Origin: Macrostomum lignano
Taxonomy: Eukaryota
Length of the DNA stretch: 30,901 nt
NCBI GenBank assembly: GCA_002269645.1
Contig: NIVC01001534.1
Location: 44,135 to 75,035 of the forward strand
Direction: 5' to 3'
Positions within the stretch are counted from its first letter, which is position 1. Each line of letters opens with the position of its first letter. A program made the position numbers and the translations under genes. The notes beneath the pieces were generated by a model. The model was not told the origin of the DNA, did no database searches, and saw only the letters and a list, made by a program, of their open reading frames with translations. Below are positions 19,201 to 28,500 of this stretch, piece by piece.

Positions 19201-21197
19201 CCCGTTTTGAACGGCTTTTTCCCATTTTTATTGTCAATTCCACATTCTAAGGTTGTGTATTCCCATCCAAGCAGCCCAAGTCTGTGGTCTGGCATGAATG
19301 TCAATGGCGTCCCGTTTTGATTGTCCAAATTCATTCCCGTTTAGATCGTCAAAAGCGATACAAGGACGCTACACTTGATTTTCTTAGAAATAAGCTTGAA
19401 TTGTATGCCGGTATGAGGAACGCATATTTGTGTTTGAAAACTTCGCCATCGACAAAGACGATTATTACTCATACTCGTACTCATACAGTGTACTACTGGC
19501 GATAGGTCGAAAAATACACGTTCCTTACCGGCCTACAGCTCATTTCTAAGAAAAAATCCAGTGTAGCTTAGCTTCCCTCTACTGCATTTTTCCATGTGTG
19601 CAAGCTGTACACTGCAATTGCATGTAATTTACCAATATCTAGGACCGGATATCTCACTTGAAATCTTAATCCAGGCCTTGAAGCAGACTCTGCTAATCGA
19701 CTTCAACGGTGTCACCCTGGCGCCGTCGGCTCGGCAGAGCTTCAACGAGAATTTCGACAGCTCAATTGTAGAGCCGCCGACCGCGGCGCCGCTATTCCGA
19801 GGCAACAGCGACAGCGGCGCCCCGCTGAACGTGGTCGGAATCGTTGTCGGAGTGCTCATCACGGTTGCCGTGGTAGCCGTGGCCGCAGTGCTCATCACGG
19901 TGAGTTGGCCAGTTAAGGCTATTGCTGCTTAGGGTGACCTACTACCTACCCTGCTGCAATTTTACGCTACTCAATACTTTTTGGAGATTGGGACTGGCGC
20001 AGACGCTTAAGGTCTGATGTGTTCAGAAATTCTCAATCAAAGAATGCGGGGTTAGATCGAGGGCCTCCCTCAAGCAAAGGATGCGGGGTTAGAGGCCGTC
20101 CTTCAATCAAAGGATGCGGGGTTAGATCGAGGGCCTCCCTCAAGCAAAGGATGCGGGGTTAGATCGAGGGCCTCCCTCAAGCAAAGGATGCGAGGTTAGA
20201 GGCCCTCCCTCAAGCAAAGGATGCGAGGTTAGAGGCCCTCCCTCAAGCAAAGGATGCGAGGTTAGAGGCCCTCCCTCAAGCAAAGGATGCGGGGTTAGAG
20301 GCCCTCCTTCAATCAAAGGATGCGAGGTTAGAGGCCCTCCCTCAAGCAAAGGATGCGGGGTTAGAGGCCCTCCTTCAATCAAAGGATGCGGGGTTAGAGG
20401 CCCTCCCTCAATCAAAGGATGCGGGGTTAGAGGCCCTCCCTCAATCAAAGAATGCGGGGTTAGAGGCCCTCCCTCAATCAAAGGATGCGGGGTTAGAGGC
20501 CCTCCCTCAATCAAAGGATGCGGGGTTAGAGGCCCTCCCTCAATCAAAGAATGCGGGGTTAGAGGCCCTCCCTCAATCAAAGAATGCGGGGTTAGAGGCC
20601 CTCCCTCAATCAAAGGATGCGGGGTTAGAGGCCCTCCCTCAATCAAAGAATGCGGGGTTAGAGGCCCTCCCTCAATCAAAGGATGCGGGGTTAGAGGCCC
20701 TCCCTCAATCAAAGGATGCGGGGTTAGAGGCCCTCCCTCAATCAAAGAATGCGGGGTTAGAGGCCCTCCCTCAATCAAAGAATGCGGGGTTAGAGGGCCA
20801 CAGAGCCTTTTGGTCGCTTTATTTTTACATCAGTCGCGTGGTTTGACTTCTCATACATTTGATGGCGGTATGATTGCGAGGGAGCCTTTGATTCAACAAT
20901 CGGTCTTGGTAATCGCTTGGATTTAATATCCAGCTGCACCACATATTTGAGAGTATATAGCTAACTATTTGATTTTATAACCGTACCCCCGTGCAACAGT
21001 TCGCTTTGCGCAGACGCGCCCAGTCCGGAAGCCCCGCTCTGCCACACGAGTCCGGCAACTACGAGACCATGTCGAATGCCAGCCATTCAACTGCTGGCGG
21101 CGGCGTAGCCTACGACAATTTCGCTAACAAGGTGTACGGCCCCATGGAGGACGATGTGTACGATAACATCGCCCAGCCAGCCATGTCCGATGCTTAA
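10163..21197 (+). CDS. 12-exon gene for a ~1116-aa type I membrane multidomain protein (SP, Lustrin-like, WAP, thyroglobulin-1 x3-4, Kunitz-like x2, mucin, SEA-like, TM, Tyr tail)
   Basis: Exons: 10163-10241, 12448-12680, 13514-13661, 13754-13826, 14303-14675, 15325-15462, 15736-16250, 16384-17492, 17756-17852, 18403-18565, 19675-19899, 21000-21197. All introns are GT-AG, phases 1,0,1,2,0,0,2,1,2,0,0 all match, and the total is 3351 nt = 1116 aa + stop. The exon 6/7 junction is the least secure. Confidence 0.8.
10321..12418. repeat. ~2.1 kb CT-rich minisatellite in intron 1 (unit TCAGTCACTCTCCCC(C/G), ~16-18 bp)
   Basis: Direct reading; roughly 125 copies (estimated from length). Confidence 0.97.
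12448..12680 (+). CDS. Receptor exon 2: Lustrin/WR1-like cysteine-rich repeat
   Basis: TCACAG acceptor; CPDGRIP...C...C...CPHGYDCLAEGICC; GTGAGC donor. Confidence 0.8.
12705..13491. repeat. Minisatellite in intron 2 (23/26 bp unit TCTGACACCTCTC(ACT)CTG(G/A)(T/C)CCTCAG-like)
   Basis: Direct reading; about 30 copies. Confidence 0.97.
13514..13661 (+). CDS. Receptor exon 3: truncated WAP-like module
   Basis: TTGCAG acceptor (NAGNAG, with a further in-frame AG at 13522); C...CSANSDCKG...RCCSGSC; GTAGGT donor. Confidence 0.75.
13754..13826 (+). CDS. Receptor exon 4: start of a thyroglobulin type-1 domain (CFRQRRQY...IYLP)
   Basis: TTTACAG acceptor and GTGAGT donor; phases 1 and 2 fit the neighbouring exons. 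Confidence 0.8.
13980..14039. repeat. (AGGGGCGCCAGCACC)4 in intron 4
   Basis: Four perfect 15-bp copies. Confidence 0.95.
14303..14675 (+). CDS. Receptor exon 5: Tg-1 core (CTDDGAF..Q..WCVD..G) plus unnamed Cys module
   Basis: AAG acceptor; NCTDDGAFESVQWEPRFNRRWCVDQRTG; GTGCGA donor. Confidence 0.85.
14727..15279. repeat. 35-bp minisatellite, 16 copies, in intron 5
   Basis: Unit GTAGATTGTGTCTATGGTTTTGGAGGCAGACAATG with five recurring variants. Confidence 0.97.
15325..15462 (+). CDS. Receptor exon 6: degenerate Tg-1-like segment (AAYMDTCEQDEC)
   Basis: TTTTCAACAG acceptor, GC3-rich frame, GTATGT donor. Confidence 0.7.
15736..16250 (+). CDS. Receptor exon 7: WAP domain, divergent Kunitz domain and Tg-1 domain
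   Basis: TTTTTCAG acceptor. WAP: CP..C..C..C..CC..GCG..C.SP (8 Cys). Kunitz: RWGYD....C..F.Y.GSGGN.NRY.S..EC. Tg-1: PLC...GNF...Q...WCVDRNG.P.PGT. GTAAAT donor. Confidence 0.88.
16384..17492 (+). CDS. Receptor exon 8: Cys modules, degenerate Kunitz, Ser/Thr/Pro mucin stalk and six-Cys Tg-1 domain
   Basis: CTCAG acceptor; FRYSPSTGRC..GC..SGYS..GCLSAC; (STAPP)7; C..KC...GLYEARQCNQTHCFCV...G...C; GTAAGT donor. Confidence 0.88.
17129..17233 (+). repeat. Coding VNTR (TCGACTGCGCCACCC)7 = (STAPP)7
   Basis: In frame within exon 8. Confidence 0.95.
17756..17852 (+). CDS. Receptor exon 9: N-terminal part of an SEA-like domain
   Basis: TTTCAG acceptor; PIVETTNLSVTITYGADYMSVLPTMEDEVKMQR; GTGAGA donor. 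Not shown in the ORF track. Confidence 0.75.
18403..18565 (+). CDS. Receptor exon 10: SEA-like domain with PGSILV motif
   Basis: CCGCAG acceptor; HIRLVDLEPGSILVTV; GTTGGT donor. Confidence 0.75.
18821..19358. mobile_element. 538-bp MITE in intron 10 with long TIRs and TA target duplication (Tc1/mariner-like)
   Basis: The left end TCGCTTTTGACGATCTAAA-AAACGGGACGCCATAGACATTCAAGCCAGGCCACAGA is the reverse complement of the right end, apart from a 22-bp insert and 3 mismatches. TA lies at 18819-20 and 19359-60. Confidence 0.85.
19675..19899 (+). CDS. Receptor exon 11: juxtamembrane region and transmembrane helix
   Basis: ATCCAG acceptor; VVGIVVGVLITVAVVAVAAVLIT; GTGAGT donor. Confidence 0.85.
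20032..20798. repeat. 33-bp minisatellite, ~23 copies, in intron 11
   Basis: Unit CTCAATCAAAGGATGCGGGGTTAGAGGCCCTCC with variants. Confidence 0.97.
21000..21197 (+). CDS. Receptor exon 12: stop-transfer signal and cytoplasmic tail with four Tyr motifs
   Basis: CAACAG acceptor; FALRRR...NYETM...AYDNF...VYGPM...VYDNI...*. Confidence 0.82.
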   Translation, partial: FALRRRAQSGSPALPHESGNYETMSNASHSTAGGGVAYDNFANKVYGPMEDDVYDNIAQPAMSDA

Positions 21198-22608
21198 TTT
21201 AAGCGAGAATTGAGATGTAAAATTGGACACTACTGAATCAAGCGTACACAAGAGACATTGTTACTAGCTCGTACTACTGCATGGATTGCAAAAGGATCTA
21301 TTTTTAATTCATTTCACTCGCTCTAGAAAAGGAAAAAGAAATTGTGGTGAATCTTGAGTGGAGCTGACACTATATATTAGAGTTTTGATGGCGCACCTGC
21401 CCATGGGTATCTTTGTATTGATGAGGTGGCACTGATTGGTCGATCTAACCTGCAGTGCAAAGTACGTGTCGCGTGCAACTAAAGTAGGACGCTAAACGCA
21501 ATCCGTGCGAATTTCCGTTTTCTAGCACAAATTTGTCAATACCGGAATTCCAAATTAAGCAAGCATGTGTTGTGTCCGAGGTGCGCTCACAAGTTTAGCA
21601 ACCTGTTTTTACCATGCAATAAAGCAAAAGTTCCGGCGGAACCTCAGCTACTCTTGTCTCTTTTGCTCGAACGAATGTGTCTATGGCAACACCTCATTTG
21701 CAGAAAAAGCAAATCCCTGCGAAATCCGTTTAGAACGCGCAACTGGGTTTTGAGTATTGCCGCTCTCCAACAATATTTTTTTCTATCTCTTGCTTCACAA
21801 GCTTGTGAGCTTGATTCGGAGATCGGTGAGGCATTGGGAATTTTACGATTTGCGATACATGCACTTTAGTTGGTCATGGTCTAGAGATTTAGAAGCTCCG
21901 TTCTTAATTCCCGTCTTTTTGGATCCTTTTATAATTAGCTTTCACCAGAATCAAAATTTTTTGTAATAATGGAAGTTTTTAACCAGTCGCCATTTATATT
22001 TGAAACCAAATCAATGCGTCATTCCATTTGCAATCTTCGAATATTTATTGGTGAAAATTACCAGTTACTCTTTTTTTATACAATGCCTTATCCAAGAAAA
22101 AGATGCGCTTTTTATTTAAAGCTAAGTTTTGTATATTTAGTTGGCAGTTGGCACCAAACAGGAAATAAGCTTGTTAGGCTTAAATTTTTTACGTTTGTTT
22201 TTTTATCACCGCTGCACAAAACAGTGTTATTATTTCCGGTGTGAACTAATTAAGTAGCTAAATATGGAACGAGCCTTGTTGTTTCTTATTTTTGAGATTG
22301 AGGTAAAATTAATGAATATAATAAATAGTCGACTACATTTTTGTTAAACTCCACTGACCCCAACTCACACCTTTAAATAAACTCTTATTGTTTAAAAATT
22401 CAAATCAATTTCAAAACAAGCAGTTTTGTTATAAACGCATTTAGAATAATAACCAGTGATATTTTCAAGCTACTATAGTATGACCGATCAATTGCATGAG
22501 TACAGAGTAATGTTTCACAACATGCACACACAGTTTAGTTTCAAATTTAAACCCCAATTGAGAGTCAAGCAAGGATTTAATCAAAGCCAAAAGTTCAGTC
22601 AACGCCAG

Positions 22609-22707
22609 CTACTGCTGCTTGAAGAAGGACGACTGCGATTGGCCGAAGAAGCCGGACTGCTTGCTGGCCGAGCGGGACGGCGCAAAGCCGAGAAGTTTTT
22701 GAACGTT
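22609..22707 (-). CDS. TMCO1: TMCO1, coding exon 2 (NVQKLLGFAPSRSASKQSGFFGQSQSSFFKQQ*); 186 aa in total
   Basis: TTTGCAG acceptor after a 112-nt intron. Matches the human C-terminus NIQKILGLAPSRAATKQ. Not shown in the ORF track. Confidence 0.93.
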   Translation of the reverse strand, partial: NVQKLLGFAPSRSASKQSGFFGQSQSSFFKQQ

Positions 22708-22819
22708 CTGCAAATTTTAAACGTTGATGCAGCATAATGGCTTTTTTTCAATGTCGCATGCAAATGATTCAATTTTGTTAACGTTTATAAGGTTGGATTT
22801 AGATCTAATTTGCACTCAC

Positions 22820-23281
22820 CTGTCGCACGGACATGGTGCAGATGACGTACAAGAAAGTGAAGGAGCAGTCGCTATAGTCCTCTCCTAGGAGGTTCCGATG
22901 CGAGATGCCCTGCAGAAGGGACACTGGCACAAATGGCAGCTTGGCAACCACTCGCCCGTCAAAAATAGAGTTAAACATGGAGAACAGCGCCGTGAACACT
23001 AAGAATATTGCCAGCATAGATTTCATGTTAACAAAAGACAAGTCGCGATTGAAGCTTTTCAATCTTTCCTCCTGTTTCTCCAGCTTGCGCTTGGCACTCT
23101 TGTCGCTAAGATCGGCGGCGCTGGTGTCTTTGCGCTTCTCCAGCCGGCGGCTCTGCTTATCAACTTCATCTCGGAGCTTTTTATACTTCTCGGTGCGATA
23201 GACCAGAAGCCAGGTGAGGCCTTCGCCTAAGAAAGCTGTGAACACGGCCACAAACAGAATTACTAGGGTGGACTCCAGCAT
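22820..23281 (-). CDS. TMCO1: TMCO1 (Oxa1-superfamily ER membrane protein), coding exon 1
   Basis: EGLTWLLVYRTEKYKKL...FNSIFDGRVVAKLPFVP...SHRNLLGED..DCSF.FLY..CTMS.RQ; GTGAGT donor at 22819. Confidence 0.96.
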
Positions 23282-25128
23282 GGCGACTGTGCAAGCTGTG
23301 GAATTGATGGAAAAAGTATTATAATAATTCTTTATTCATAAATTTATCTATAACAATTTTTTAAACAATAAAGACTCAAGTAAAAAATAAGACTAAATTC
23401 ATTGGAAATTAGGACAGGATTGCTGATGTCTAAGGTTGTTAGACAAGGTTGAATAAGGATATAATATGAAATATATACAAGTATAAAACATACAAAGGAT
23501 CTAATGAAAATAGTTCTAAATTATATTTGTTAGGAATTTAAGGGTATTTGTTACATGTGCTTAGATATAAAATTGATAGAAATATAATATTTATACTATC
23601 TACCTTTCCTAGATTTAATCCATGAAAATTTAGGTCTTAACATAGATGCCCAAAATATCCCCCAATAAGAATAAAGGTATAAGACCAAGACTAAGCCTAT
23701 CATACTTAGAAGAGTCAAGGGATGAATTTGGCTTATAATGTTATTGCATAATATTGGGAAAAGATAAAGGGACAGAGAAAGCAAGCAGGACAAGGCTTAG
23801 GGGTAGATAATTCTTAGTCATATGCTAGGTATAAAATATACTAACTTGTCGAATCCAAAAATGCTAATCCTATTACTCTCTACTAATAGCATAACTAGAG
23901 AGGAAAGAGACAACTGCCCTAACAATACCAAATTTTGACAAATGATTTTTTGTTTTTATCTTGAAAGGCAATTTGGACCCCTATTGGAATAAAATTTTAG
24001 ATCCTATAGATGCATAGCGTAGGTTTATAAACATTATGCTTAGGCATGGCAGATGTTCATTGCAAAATTGTGGCACCATAGCAACTTTTGCCAAGGTGTT
24101 GCATATAGCAAACTTTCACTTTTAAAATGCATTGCACTAAGACAATAAACAATATCAAGATACTATGAAGAAGAACAATTAAAATGTCCAAATGCAAAAT
24201 GCATATGCTAGTCTCTAAAACAATTTCATGAAGCTCTATGAAGATTTTAAAGGCTTATATTACTATCAAGCAAATTGTACATTATATACCCATTAAAGAC
24301 CCAAAAGCAAATTTTCAAACCTAAATTTTCATTACTGATTCATTGCATAGTGGCATTAAATATAACAAATTATACTTTATTTTAAAAAAGCAGGGCTTTT
24401 TATAAATATATTTATTATTAAAAAATGTAAATTAACATTTAATAGTATTAAATAGCCAAAGAAATGCATCCAATAACAAAAAATAGTTCTTTTTTTAATA
24501 ATGATAGCCTAGATACATTACTATCAGGCCTAGTTTATATAGCCGCCTACATTGCTTTCAAAAACTTATTATATAAAATTGTTATATAGAAAAATTACTT
24601 GGATTCAATTTATTTTAGCTACAAGCTATATTGTCTTCCTACTATAATTCCAATGATTTGAATTATATGCATATGTTGGGTTTTTTGTCATAGGCATGCC
24701 ATGTCATGTCAAAATAAAAAATGGCATAATGATTTTGATGAAAAATTGCCAATGCTAAATCCTCAATTCCAAATTTTAGTTTTGCTTTTAAATTTGTTCA
24801 AATATTTGTTCAAATACCCTGTCATGTTGTGCATTGTATATGCCTGCTGCTGTTGGTTGCCAAACTGGCAAGCTATTATCACTCCTATCTAACTTTGAAT
24901 CTGCAAGGAAACACTAATATAGGCTCACAAATTGCTATTTTATATTTTACGCCAATGGCATGTCGAATTGAAAATGGCATAACGATTTTGACTAAAAAAC
25001 CTAGTGCATATGAAATAAATATATGTAATAACTAATATGTTATTTGAGATGTTCTTTTTCAGAAAAAAATACAAAACTACAAAAGGATAGGCCAACGCTT
25101 AAACGCTTAATAATAATATTGCTTTTTT

Positions 25129-25177
25129 TAGTAGTAGTAGTAGTAAGTTGGCTCAGGCAAGAAGCCTGTTTGGCCAA
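25129..25177 (-). other. LINE 3' terminus: stem-loop plus (CTA)5 tail
   Basis: Minus strand TTGGC-CAAA-CAGGC-TTCTT-GCCTG-A-GCCAA (25177-25148), then CTTA and (CTA)5. Confidence 0.75.
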
Positions 25178-25563
25178 TATATTTCTATGTATTTAAGATT
25201 GCTTCAGGAATAGGAGACAATATTTTAGCACTAGTTATTTAATTATGATTAGTACGAGTTTTGCAAAATGGTATTTGAAAGAACGCGGAAAAGTTATTAA
25301 CGATACTTGGACGACTAACGAAGCGAAAGAAAAAGCAAGGAGTTAAAAAAAGTATTGCAGTTAATAAAAGTAAAAACGAAAGAAAAATGAACAAAAACGA
25401 ATTTCGAAGGGACTTTACGTTAAGCGAATGACGACGATTTAAATAGGTATTAGATAGGAAACTAATTAAATACTAATTAAGTGCTAATTAAGTAGGAAAT
25501 TAAAAATGGGAAAGGCGGATTTATTTCACTGCTGATATGTCTGTTTCAGTTTGCATAACTGTT

Positions 25564-28500
25564 TTAGCTATTCATGACTTCATATATTTTAGCTACACCA
25601 GTGAGCTCTTTTCTGACTCTTTTTTCATTTGTAGCATATCCTAACTTGTGTACTTGCTTGTCATTTAGGAGGTACTGACAGAAGTATTTTTTTCTGAACT
25701 TTTCGGTTTGTGGACATTCGGTCAAGTAGTGTAGGATATCGGAACCATTTCTCGCTCCACACAGTCTACATGGTTCATGAGAGAAAATGTTGGGTGTAAT
25801 TTCGCATTTCAGTTTTAGGAGGGTTGTTAGGAATTTTTTGTTTCTAAAAGTGCATGGAAAGTAATCTGAAAGGTCAGGCCTGCAGATTTTTTTGTAGAGA
25901 TAGGCGTTTTTATAGAGTTTAATATGTTGCTGATTCTCTAGCTTTTGGCTAAGTTCTCTTTCTCTGTGTATCTTGAGGTGCTTTTTCACTAGGTATTTCT
26001 CGTTATTAAAGCTTTGGGAAAGTTTATCTTCAGTTAGTGCTTTTAAGTCTATACTTTCCAGTTTCTTTAGTATATTTGTTTTCCATGGATTTTTTTGGCT
26101 GGTGTTTGAGTAGAAAATTTCTAGTGTCGTTTGGCAAAGTTTTTGATGTCTAATCTTCAGCCAGTAGGTAAGATAGGTTTTAGCAATTCGTTGGGAGATT
26201 GGAGTAAGCTCAAGTTCTGATGATATCACACTGTTGCTAGCAAATTTTGGTAGATTGAGGAGATATTTGTAGAATTTCAGCTGAATGTTATCAATAGCTT
26301 TTGTTTCAGAAATGGTAGCCAGAGGGCCCCAGAGCTCACAGCCGTACGTGATAACGGGGGTGACAAGCGCGTCGAATAGTCTGCGAATGAGTGTGATGTC
26401 CAGGGACGTATTTTTTACCTTGTGGAGTAGGGAAAACATAGCTGAATAACCCTGCTTAGTTTGATGTTCAATACATTTTTTAAAGCTGTTTTTTGGTTCA
26501 AAAATAATTCCCAGGTATTTAAATTCATTTACTTCCTCTATTTCTTGGTTGTCGTAGATTATTTTTGTAGCAAAACTTTCTGTGTCATTTTTTTGTCTGG
26601 TACTGCCCTGCATAAACTTTGTTTTGCTTGCATTAACTTTCAAGTAGTTTTGCTTGCAGTAATTTTCCATAGTTGTAAATGTGTCTTGAAGTTCATCTTT
26701 GTTTTTAGCTAGAATGGCTTGATCGTCCGCAAAGAGCAGGATGAGTGGGAAAGCAGATCTCGTAAGAGAGCGCCTAGCGCTAGAGAGTTCAAGATATTCA
26801 ACAATGTCGTCAATATATAGTTCAAAAAGGATGGTAGAGAGAGGGTTACCTTGAAGAACACCTTTAGATATTGGGATTGGCTGGGTTTCATCATCATCAT
26901 CATCTTTCTTTAGAATGAAACAGGCATTTTTATGCATGTTCTTGATAAGTTCTGTCATTTGACCTTTAATACCTTGGTTATCCGTTTTGTGCCAAAGGGT
27001 CGGTTGATTTAAGCTATCGAAGGCTTTTTCATAGTCAACAAAACCGATAAAGAGTTCATTTTTGTTGTAGATGGACTGGTTTATAATGTTGTAAAGATTA
27101 AAACATTGGTCGATTGTGCTGTGATTGGGCTTGAAACCGTATTGGTATTTTGATATAAGATTGTTAGCGTATGCTAGGTTTTCAAGTCTGGATTTAATAA
27201 TTTGGCAAAAGAGCTTGCCAAAAATTGGTTGAATGCAGATTCCTCTGTAATTGTTGGGGTCGGCACTGCTGCCTTTGTTTTTATAAATCGGATGAAGAGT
27301 ATTTGTAATCCAACTAGTTGGAAAGGTTCCTTGTTTGAGTGCTTCGTTGAAAAGTGAGCATAGGAGGTCAGTAAGTTCGTTTTCAAGGTATTTGAGTGTT
27401 TCTACATATACTTTATCATGCCCAGGTGCTTTGTCGGTTTTGAGCTTTTTAATATGTTTTATAACTTCTTCTTTGGTGAATGGGGCATTGAAATCCTCTA
27501 AATTAGTCAGAATAGGGTTGTCAAGGTGAAGATTGTATGCTAGTCTAATGCTGCTGTCTTGTTCAGTTACAAGATTTTGAAAGTGTATGACAAATTTTTC
27601 GTCAATTGCTGCATTGTTATTGGGGCGGTTATGTGGTTTCAGTAATTGCCAAAGCTGTCTTGTATCATTTTGAATATAAGCCTGGTTGATCATGTTTTCT
27701 GCACACAGTATTGATTCATGTTTCCAAGAAATCAAGCTTTTTTCATATGTTTTTTTAAGCTGTATTTTGGATGCGAGGTTGCTACTTGTGGGGAACATCT
27801 TATATCTTCTGCTGGCATGCCTGGTGGCATTTCTCAGGTCTTTAAGAAATTGTGGCAATGCTGAACAGAGAGGGTTTTTTGTTTCTACTGTGATTTTACT
27901 TTGGATTTGCTGAACTTTCTTGCTTAAATTATGGATGAAAGCTGGGTTTTGCATGTCGAGATTTGGGATTTTATTCTCCAGATCCTTTAGATCATCTGAG
28001 AAGCAATTGATATGTTTTTCTTGTTGTGGGGTGGGTTTATCTAGTTTTCTTAATATCCGGAATTTTGTTCTTTGGTTATTGGTTGCTTGTTTTGTTTCTG
28101 TAATCTCTGCTGTGAATTTACATGATAATGAGAGTATAATTTGATTGTGGTCACTAAGGTAAGTATGGTTTCTTACTTTAAAGTCTTCAAAGTGCTCAAG
28201 TAAGTTGCTAGAGACAAAACAGAGGTCAATTACAGATGAACCAGTTTTGGAGATAAAGGTAAGTGTTCCAGTTGCATCAGATAGGGATCTACCATTGATT
28301 ATATGCAAGTTATATGAGTTTGTGATTTGGTTTAATAATCTACCACTTTTACAGGTTTTTTTGTCTTGGCTTTGCCTATAGAGTGAGATATTTTTTGCCT
28401 TTAAAGTGCTTATTCTATGCAAATCTATATGATCAGTATTGTAAGTATGTGCATTAAAATCTCCCACCAGGATTATGTTTTCTTCAGAATGATGTGCATC

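Noticed and set aside
20140-20778. 212-aa (IEGGPLTPHxL)n antisense ORF as a protein gene
   Set aside because: It is a by-product of a 33-bp (3n) intronic minisatellite, with no splice or promoter support.
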